Part shown: piece after piece, positions 38,862 to 46,363 of the stretch
How the letters are laid out: each line of letters starts with the position of its first letter
Numbering within the stretch: the first letter of the stretch is position 1
Assembly (NCBI GenBank): GCA_024231215.1
Contig: JAAEQR010000003.1
Span: forward strand, 22,660 to 86,659
DNA: 64,000 bases
Direction of reading: 5' to 3'
Origin: PVC group bacterium
GTDB lineage: Bacteria; Omnitrophota; Gorgyraeia; B26-G9
Translations under genes and position numbers: made by a program
Notes under the pieces: generated by a model
Databases searched by the model: none
Told to the model about the DNA's origin: nothing
The model's input: only the letters and a program-made list of their open reading frames with translations

Positions 38862-41800
38862 ATGGGTATCAATAAGAAATACCTATATCTAAGAATTATT
38901 GCATGTATTCTAATACAGGCGGTTTTGTTTGGTAACAGCGGCTTGATCGGAGTAGTGCGCGCAGAAAACTTCCTGTCGCCGGTTTTAGAAATAAATAATA
39001 AGCTGGTTAAGACTTCGTTTGAAACTCCTCAGGTAAAAAGTCGTCGTTTTGTTCATAATCTGGATGATTTATCAAAACTTTCCCGCCGCAAAAGAGATGA
39101 TCTCGAAATAAATGTTCTTAAAAGAATTAGAAATATTAATCTCAAAGGTTTTAATTTTTTATCAAGGGAGGAGCAGGAGAATTTCATTTTTGTTGATTTG
39201 GACTTTGCGGAGTATGTGTTAAAGACTATCTTTACCGATAAGATTAAAGAGGACATGTCTCAGAAGAACGTATCTTATGAAATCATAACAAGGATTATAG
39301 TAGACATGTTTATTCTTTTAAACAAGGTGTTAGAACAACAAGAAGGACAGGATAATACCTATATCGCATGCACTAATTATACTTTTTCTAAAGATAGAAA
39401 AGGACAGACATATGTACTCACGGTTAATTTTGAGAAAAAAGGAGTGGAAGCTAAAATATCAAAATTTATAGCCGAAGAAATTGATGCAGAAATGCCGAAT
39501 ATTGTCTCAGTGTCCGGGCCGATAGAAAAAATCACTGGAAATAAAAGTATAGATGTTAGTTTTTACGGGGTTTCAAAAAATAACAAAGTGCTTACCCCAT
39601 CGGAAATAACCCGAGCAGTGAAGAAGCTGCCGCCGAACGCAGAGAATATAGATATTTCGGAATTAAGAATTGCGCATAAAAGATTACTTAATTTGGCCAG
39701 AGATCGTTACGAAAAACAGGATATTTTAAAAGAAATAACCCCAGCCATAGAGAGGAAAATAAAAACAGGTATTGTTGCGGAAGGGACATCTTCTTTTACC
39801 CCGATTACTGAGAAGGCTTTTGTGGGAAAGATTATTTGCGCGGAAGTGGTAGAAAAAGAGAAAAAGCCGACATATCCTTTAGTTTCATATTATTCGGAAA
39901 CATTGAGGAAAGATCTGAGATTATTAGATAATGCTATAAATACGGCTATGTATAAGTATGAAGGTATAGATATTAATACGGTTCATCATTTTTTGCAGGA
40001 TGCCTTTGCGTTTGCAAGACATGATTCTCGGGAAACACGCAAGGCTCCGACAGCTCAATTTTTATCGCATCTTATGGATGAGCGGAAGGCAGTGCGGGTT
40101 AGAATTCGAAAGGAATTATTGGAGATTATTACATATACGCCGATGTTAAATAAAGACAATGAGCCAAGAGAGATTTCGGAAATCATGGAGGAAGAGCTAG
40201 CTGAGTTAGCGGAACTGCAAGATTACGAAGACAATATGTATATCTGGGGAGAACTGAACAGGCTTAATCAAGAGGATTTGCTATGGGATAACATCATGTC
40301 TCAAGCAAATGAAATTGTGGGTAATATATATCAATATATAGAAGGAGTGGACCCTGAACCTAAAAATGAAAAAGAGCAGATGGCTTTAGATGCGATTGAA
40401 AATGCGAGGAAGGCAGTCCCAACAGATACTCAAATTGGGTCTATGGTCGATACTGTATTACAAGATCTGCCGCGGCAGTTATTTGCCTGGTTAAGAAAAT
40501 ATGATTGTTCTTTACATGAGGCGTTTTTTCGGTCTATGCAACCTATTGTAGACCAGTTAGTTCAAGCTCAAGAACATACGTCGCAAATGAAAGGAGGGCT
40601 TTCTTTAAATCTCCATACCGAACTTTGTACTTTTGTGGATACTGTATTGTTGGAACTGGGAGAGTATGAATCGCGGCATGTAGTGGTACATAATGACTCG
40701 GAGAAGGAGCCATTTATATTATATGTGCCGGGAGACCTAGGAGGGCCGGAGGAATATTTGCGTTTTCGGCGTCTTTATCCGAATATGGTAGGGATTGTAG
40801 TTAAAGAAGGAGCTAAACATTATGCGGTAATGGCCGGAGATCACGGATTCCCGGTGATTAATAAAATTGATTTAATTGAAATGAGCGAAGGAAAATTGCC
40901 GTTAGAGCTGGTGTTAAAAAAGAAAACTAATGGAATTATGCGTATTAGCAGGGGAGGGAAAGCGTTTTTATATATAAACCCTTCATTGAGGGATACCCTT
41001 GAGGCGGAAACTATTATAAAAACAGCGCAGGCAATTAAAATATTGTGTGAAGCTAATATAGATTTAGAAGGAGAAGATGGGAAATTAAAGACGTATGATG
41101 GAGTAGAAGCGCCTGAGATAATGATGAATTTGGATATTGCCGAAGATGCGGAAGACTTGCCGAGCCGGGTAATACGGAAAATAGGTCTTTATCGTACAGA
41201 ATATGAGTATGAACGTCATGGAGAGTTAACAGAAGAAGCATGGTATAAAATTTTTAAGAAAATTGTTAAAGATTCAGAGGGCGATTTTATCGCTGTACGT
41301 TTACCGGATAGAAAAGTATCCGGAGAAGGTGGGGATATAAAAAATCCTAAAGCTTTTGGAAAAAGTAATCTTGAAGGACTTGATTTTTTGCTTGATGAAA
41401 GAGCTAAGGGCAGGCGAATCTCAACGATAATATTAAGGGCCCTTATGAGAGTATATGCAGAAGACGGAGTCGTAGGTGCTCTTTTTCCCATGGTTTCGCA
41501 AGAAAGAGCCGAAGGAATAATCGACTTTGTCGAAGAAATAAAAGAGAATTTAATCTTTGAACAAAAAAATAAAAATAAGCGGGAAGCTTTGGAAGAGGCG
41601 TTAGACAGCTTTTCCGTGGGAGCGATGTTTGAAACTCCTCAGGCTTTTGAATTTAAAAAAGAGCTTATGGAGATTTTTGATTTTGTAAGTTGGGGGAGTA
41701 ATGACTGGAAGATGGCTTCTTCCGGGAAGTCAAGAGGTGCTCAGGGAACGACCAAAGAATTGATTTCATTTACGCCTGAGGTTGTAAAAACCGCATTAGC

Positions 41801-42191
41801 GGCAGGTAAGATGAGCAGGAAGAAGGAAGTACCTTTTTCTATCTGTGGTAAGCTTGCGTCTACCCCTGAATTCATTCTATTTTCACTATATGCAAAGTCG
41901 TTGTCGCTTTTTGATATCCGACTAAGCGTTGGTAAAGATTCTATAGCGTACGTCAAAGAATTTATTCGCCATGTCGATACTAGACGCATTAAAGATATCT
42001 TTAATGATTATCGAAAAGGTTATGATCAGAATAAATTTGATGAGAAAATAGCAGATGAAATAGAAAACATAGTGCTTTCTATGGGAGAATTAGCCAAGCC
42101 TTTTCTACAGGGACAAGTTAAGATGTCGTTACAGAAGAAAAGGGGGCAGGCATCGAAGGCTCCTGTGTTAGTGCATGAGTATGCAATATAA
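38862..42191 (+). CDS. leader-family protein 2 (1109 aa): signal peptide plus a C-terminal divergent PEP-utilizing-enzyme module (phosphohistidine swivel domain and PEP-binding TIM barrel)
   Basis: The leader reads …ILIQAVLF…VVRA|ENFLSPVLEINN. The His-domain reads MVGIVVKEGAKHYAVMAGDHGFPVI. The TIM barrel carries GLYRTEYEY, FPMVSQ, FETPQA and DFVSWGSNDW… and CGKLASTPEF. Confidence 0.65.
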   Translation: MGINKKYLYLRIIACILIQAVLFGNSGLIGVVRAENFLSPVLEINNKLVKTSFETPQVKSRRFVHNLDDLSKLSRRKRDDLEINVLKRIRNINLKGFNFLSREEQENFIFVDLDFAEYVLKTIFTDKIKEDMSQKNVSYEIITRIIVDMFILLNKVLEQQEGQDNTYIACTNYTFSKDRKGQTYVLTVNFEKKGVEAKISKFIAEEIDAEMPNIVSVSGPIEKITGNKSIDVSFYGVSKNNKVLTPSEITRAVKKLPPNAENIDISELRIAHKRLLNLARDRYEKQDILKEITPAIERKIKTGIVAEGTSSFTPITEKAFVGKIICAEVVEKEKKPTYPLVSYYSETLRKDLRLLDNAINTAMYKYEGIDINTVHHFLQDAFAFARHDSRETRKAPTAQFLSHLMDERKAVRVRIRKELLEIITYTPMLNKDNEPREISEIMEEELAELAELQDYEDNMYIWGELNRLNQEDLLWDNIMSQANEIVGNIYQYIEGVDPEPKNEKEQMALDAIENARKAVPTDTQIGSMVDTVLQDLPRQLFAWLRKYDCSLHEAFFRSMQPIVDQLVQAQEHTSQMKGGLSLNLHTELCTFVDTVLLELGEYESRHVVVHNDSEKEPFILYVPGDLGGPEEYLRFRRLYPNMVGIVVKEGAKHYAVMAGDHGFPVINKIDLIEMSEGKLPLELVLKKKTNGIMRISRGGKAFLYINPSLRDTLEAETIIKTAQAIKILCEANIDLEGEDGKLKTYDGVEAPEIMMNLDIAEDAEDLPSRVIRKIGLYRTEYEYERHGELTEEAWYKIFKKIVKDSEGDFIAVRLPDRKVSGEGGDIKNPKAFGKSNLEGLDFLLDERAKGRRISTIILRALMRVYAEDGVVGALFPMVSQERAEGIIDFVEEIKENLIFEQKNKNKREALEEALDSFSVGAMFETPQAFEFKKELMEIFDFVSWGSNDWKMASSGKSRGAQGTTKELISFTPEVVKTALAAGKMSRKKEVPFSICGKLASTPEFILFSLYAKSLSLFDIRLSVGKDSIAYVKEFIRHVDTRRIKDIFNDYRKGYDQNKFDEKIADEIENIVLSMGELAKPFLQGQVKMSLQKKRGQASKAPVLVHEYAI

Positions 42192-42202
42192 AAGAGGATA
42201 TT

Positions 42203-44296
42203 ATGGGATTTTCTGGTAAAAAAAGATCGGGCAAATCAATATCTTCACGAATTATCACCCTGATAATTCTACAGATCTTTTTTGTCTCAGGATTGTTGTC
42301 CCTAGGCAATAGCTTTGCTGCGGATACTCACCAAACCTGCCTTTCTCCCCGTGTAAATATATCTAATGCGCTAGTCAAAAATTCTTTTAGTACCTTTAAA
42401 AAGCTTAATTTAAATGATTTGTTTGAAGGATTTGCAGAGGGTATTCTAGACATCGATAAGGTAGATCACTGGTTAGTTGGTCGCAATGAATCTATCGCTT
42501 ATGAGTTTAAAACAGATTTAGTTCCTAAAATTGTACAACAACCCAATGCAAAATGGTTTTTAGAACAAATACTTGCAGAAGATAAACTTAAGCCATTACA
42601 TTTTGAAGCCCAAGCTGTTCTTTTGCAGATACGTTTTAAAGAGCTTGGATATCCTAACCATAACCCAGCCTGGAGACATTTTATATCTTCGATGAAAGAA
42701 GGGCTTCAATTCCTGGAAAACCCTGAAAACTTAGAGAATAAGGATGTAGTTATCGGCACTTGTCATGTGGCTGCGGATTCGGATTCTGTGGCTGCGGCAA
42801 TTACGTGGTATGAACGGGAAAGAATGTTAGCAGAGAATCGAGGAAAGGTTTTTATTCCTTTGATCTCTAATGAGGACAGGGATATAAATCTTGAAACAGA
42901 GAGACAATTGCATATTTGTGGGATAATAGCAGAGGATCTGATATACGCTTTTCCTAGTAAAGAGATGGAGAAAAGAGGCGAGGTTAAAAGCCTGATACAG
43001 CAGAAACTTGAGGCTATTGCTAAAACAAAATATAAGAGTAGAATAAAAATTGATTTGCTCGATCATAATGCGGTACAGGTTGACTGGTTAAAACCTTTTA
43101 AAGTACGTAAGATATATGATCATCATAACCCGGAAGTGGATATGCCGGAATTGGCCCCGGGAAATGATTATGTCCGCATTGAAGCCTCCACGACAACCAT
43201 AATTGCTCAGGAAAACATGAAAGATCGTATTTTCCATAGATCATTTCCACAGATAAAGTTTTTGACTATGGCTACCTTGCTTTCAGATACAGACTGTTTA
43301 AATTCAGATATTACACAGCAAGAAACTCTCGGGATTTTATCTCGGATGGCAAAGGATATGGGTTTTTTAAAAAAAGTGCAGTTAAATGGCGGCATAGGCT
43401 CTAGTGGTAAGATTGATTTTGAAAAAATGGAACGCTATTTTGAAATCATAGTTGATAGGGTTTATCTGAACCGGCATTCTTATGTAGAGGAATGGCTGAG
43501 GGATTGTAAGACATATAATGGGTTTGAATTCGGCCAGTCAAAAGTTATATCTTGGGAAGAGTTGTCTGAGAAAAAAGAAATGGAATTAATCGAAGGCATG
43601 AGAAATAAACTTAATGAAAACGATGACAATGAAGCTATTGTTTGGATGGTATCTTCAATGAATCCGTCTGAGTATGGCAGTAAATTTTATGCAATATGTA
43701 AAGATGACCCAGATGGGGCTAAGGCAGAACAGATTATTAGCCAGGTGATGTATCAAAGTCCGGTAAGGATCGGGCTGGTGCGGTCGATATATGTGAATCC
43801 GGCAATACATGCGTACCAGAAAGACTCTCCGGTGAATCCAGTGAGAGTTTTGAATAGAGCTTATAGACAATTTGATCTTAATCTGGATAGATCAACCAAG
43901 AAACAGATGATGGAAAAGATAAGCAATTTGATACAAGATTATGGAAGTAGATTGAAAAGGGATTTGGTTTATAGATATTATTCGTATGAAATAACCAGTG
44001 ATATAATTGAATTTCTGGAGTCAAAAGGCATATCCTGGATACATGCGGAAGTAATGAAGCCGGAAAAAATATATATCGAGGAAATAGGATTAAAAAACGA
44101 AAGAACGCGCAGGGTTCAAATGCCTGGATTTGCTTCCCGGAAGAATATAAAAAATGAGGTTGAAGGCGCAGTCGCGGAAATCATCAGAATAAATAAAGCT
44201 GAGAGGACATTGCGTTTGAACCTCCGCAATGAAATTATGGGCGCTGATGCTGCTTTTGGAATTCAAGCAAAAGAGTTAGTCTTACAGGCTATTTGA
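42203..44296 (+). CDS. leader-family protein 3 (697 aa): signal peptide plus a DHH-family phosphoesterase-like domain
   Basis: The leader reads …LILQIFFVSGLLSLGNSFA|ADTHQTCLSPRVNISN. DHH motif I is GTCHVAADSDSVAAA and motif III is IYDHHNP. It sits 11 nt after protein 2 and is likely co-transcribed with it. Confidence 0.55.
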   Translation: MGFSGKKRSGKSISSRIITLIILQIFFVSGLLSLGNSFAADTHQTCLSPRVNISNALVKNSFSTFKKLNLNDLFEGFAEGILDIDKVDHWLVGRNESIAYEFKTDLVPKIVQQPNAKWFLEQILAEDKLKPLHFEAQAVLLQIRFKELGYPNHNPAWRHFISSMKEGLQFLENPENLENKDVVIGTCHVAADSDSVAAAITWYERERMLAENRGKVFIPLISNEDRDINLETERQLHICGIIAEDLIYAFPSKEMEKRGEVKSLIQQKLEAIAKTKYKSRIKIDLLDHNAVQVDWLKPFKVRKIYDHHNPEVDMPELAPGNDYVRIEASTTTIIAQENMKDRIFHRSFPQIKFLTMATLLSDTDCLNSDITQQETLGILSRMAKDMGFLKKVQLNGGIGSSGKIDFEKMERYFEIIVDRVYLNRHSYVEEWLRDCKTYNGFEFGQSKVISWEELSEKKEMELIEGMRNKLNENDDNEAIVWMVSSMNPSEYGSKFYAICKDDPDGAKAEQIISQVMYQSPVRIGLVRSIYVNPAIHAYQKDSPVNPVRVLNRAYRQFDLNLDRSTKKQMMEKISNLIQDYGSRLKRDLVYRYYSYEITSDIIEFLESKGISWIHAEVMKPEKIYIEEIGLKNERTRRVQMPGFASRKNIKNEVEGAVAEIIRINKAERTLRLNLRNEIMGADAAFGIQAKELVLQAI

Positions 44297-44377
44297 TCAA
44301 TTTGTACCCAGTCGTAAACCCGCCGCAAAATTTATTTCTAACCATCTGAAAATAAAAGACTTAAAAATCTCGCCAGA

Positions 44378-44413
44378 CCTTGACAGGTTGTATTTCATAT
44401 GGTATACTTTACC
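44378..44413 (+). promoter_or_regulatory. family promoter cassette, copy C: CCTTGACA, 13-nt spacer, ATATGGTATACTTTAC
   Basis: The -35 is at 44380-44385 and the -10 TATACT at 44403-44408. A GC-rich hairpin, GGGCCG…CGGCCC, at 44437-44456 lies in the 5'UTR. Confidence 0.7.
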
Positions 44414-44480
44414 GCTTTTATAATAATTAATGTAGGGGCCGCGCTCGGCTCGGCCCGAATAGTCTATAGAAGAGGTAAAT

Positions 44481-46349
44481 ATGCTATCCAAACGAATAAT
44501 AAAAGTTGTTGCAGTTGTTATTATCCAGATGTTTTTATTTATGGATTTTGCCTGGGCAGCGGATTGTCTAAGTCCTTCTTTGAATTTTAGCGGAACTCAA
44601 TTTTCCTCTCATTACAATATTATTTCTGAGGCAATTAAGATTTTTGAAGAATTAGAAGGAGCTCAGGAACAATTTGTTATCAAATCAGGTGATAATTATT
44701 TTTACGTTTATAATCCTAATAATGCTTCAAAAACATTATTAACAAATGCAGAAGTTATTATTAATAATGAAGACGTAGCAGTTGCTTTATTGGGTGATTT
44801 TAAATACCAGAAGACAGAAAAGAAGCTAGTAGAGCCGGTGAAAAATGTAAATATTATTACGGATTTATATTCAGTTCAGCAATGGCGTTCAATATTTGAA
44901 ATGATTATTCACGGGGTTGGTCCGAATAAACCAGGATATTCTCGGGACTATATCCCGCATGTCAAACGATGGTTTAGGCTTCTTTTTAAACAGATAACTG
45001 GGGTAGAGCCTCCAGCTGAAGCTGTTTATTTTTTCGAGGCAGTATATGCGGATGTTGTTACTAGCCGGGTTAATCCTATGGTAAAAAAATACAATAAAGA
45101 AGAAGAGCGTTATGGGGTGCGTGAAATAGAATTAACTCAAAAGGCGATAGGTAATTTTGCGGCAACGCCCTACGCATACATGGATGCAGGTGTTAGAGAA
45201 GAGATGTATAAAAAATTAGATGCGGTTTTAGCAGAGATAGTAGAGATAGCTCTAGCTCAAGGAGCGACTGGCGATTGGCCGACAGCATTAAATGCAATAA
45301 TGCACAGCCAGGGAACGGTCACCGGAACTGAATGGATCCAGGACCGATTAGAAAAAGGAATGTGGCCGGATGTATTGCAGACAGATAAAATAATATTAAT
45401 TGGTGGGGTGTTATGGCTCAAATCAATTCTTAGAAGCAGACCTTTAAGTGATCCTTTAAGAGTTCAAAAATTTGGAGGAATGATTGTAAATATTAAAGAC
45501 CCGCAAGATGCAATTGGAAGATTTTTAAGGCTATTGAGCCCTGAATTTGCGGATGCGATATTTGCTGATGGGTATCTTAATGTGGGAAGTTTTTTAAACC
45601 CATTATCACATACAATTGCTTCTCATACTAAGTATTGGAATAGTCGTAGAATCGCTAAAATCAAGGCAATGATGCTTGTATTTAGCGCATTAAGGCAGAA
45701 TCCCGCGTGGTTAACCAAATACGGACGCAAGTCTTTAGATATTAATGCAGCAGAAACTGAATTCAGAAGAGATCTTCTAAAATTACTTAGAAGTGACTTA
45801 TCCTCCTTGCCCCAGCATGATCCGGAACTTATTGGGCCGGGGTATAAATTTGTGTCTAATGATGAGAATGAGGCTACGGGAGGTATCTTTGTTTTAAATG
45901 AAGCGGCTGAAAAAATTGGATTTTATGCGGACAATAAAACAGTTGCTGCAAATAATGATATCATTGAGCCGATCAAAGCAAAAGTTAAATTTACAAAAAA
46001 TCTTACAGCTAAAGTAGAAGAGTTAAATAAAATCACTCCGGATAGAGCAAATAACCAGGGGTATATGATGATTAATTCTTTGAATCAGGAAGCGGCGAAT
46101 CAAATTAGAGACAAAATTAAAGAAATCAGTTTATTTGTAGAACAGTTTCAGGGTGCAGATACACGGGAGCTTGCTGTACGGATTAAGGAAGTGCAGGATT
46201 TAGCTAGACAGAATATGGACATTTCTAAATTAGATGAAATTAAAGTAAAAATGCAGAATTTGCTTAGTACTACTATAAAGTCAATTGAAGTTTGTAAGCC
46301 TGCTTCAGGGCAGAGTTCAATTATTGCTGCAATCAGTATATCAATATAA
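44481..46349 (+). CDS. leader-family protein 4 (622 aa), function unknown
   Basis: The leader reads …VVIIQMFLFMDFAWA|ADCLSPSLNFSG. The 5' end has a nucleotide-level resemblance to the neighbouring gene at 46364. Confidence 0.65.
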   Translation: MLSKRIIKVVAVVIIQMFLFMDFAWAADCLSPSLNFSGTQFSSHYNIISEAIKIFEELEGAQEQFVIKSGDNYFYVYNPNNASKTLLTNAEVIINNEDVAVALLGDFKYQKTEKKLVEPVKNVNIITDLYSVQQWRSIFEMIIHGVGPNKPGYSRDYIPHVKRWFRLLFKQITGVEPPAEAVYFFEAVYADVVTSRVNPMVKKYNKEEERYGVREIELTQKAIGNFAATPYAYMDAGVREEMYKKLDAVLAEIVEIALAQGATGDWPTALNAIMHSQGTVTGTEWIQDRLEKGMWPDVLQTDKIILIGGVLWLKSILRSRPLSDPLRVQKFGGMIVNIKDPQDAIGRFLRLLSPEFADAIFADGYLNVGSFLNPLSHTIASHTKYWNSRRIAKIKAMMLVFSALRQNPAWLTKYGRKSLDINAAETEFRRDLLKLLRSDLSSLPQHDPELIGPGYKFVSNDENEATGGIFVLNEAAEKIGFYADNKTVAANNDIIEPIKAKVKFTKNLTAKVEELNKITPDRANNQGYMMINSLNQEAANQIRDKIKEISLFVEQFQGADTRELAVRIKEVQDLARQNMDISKLDEIKVKMQNLLSTTIKSIEVCKPASGQSSIIAAISISI

Positions 46350-46363
46350 AGGAAGGTAAAAAT

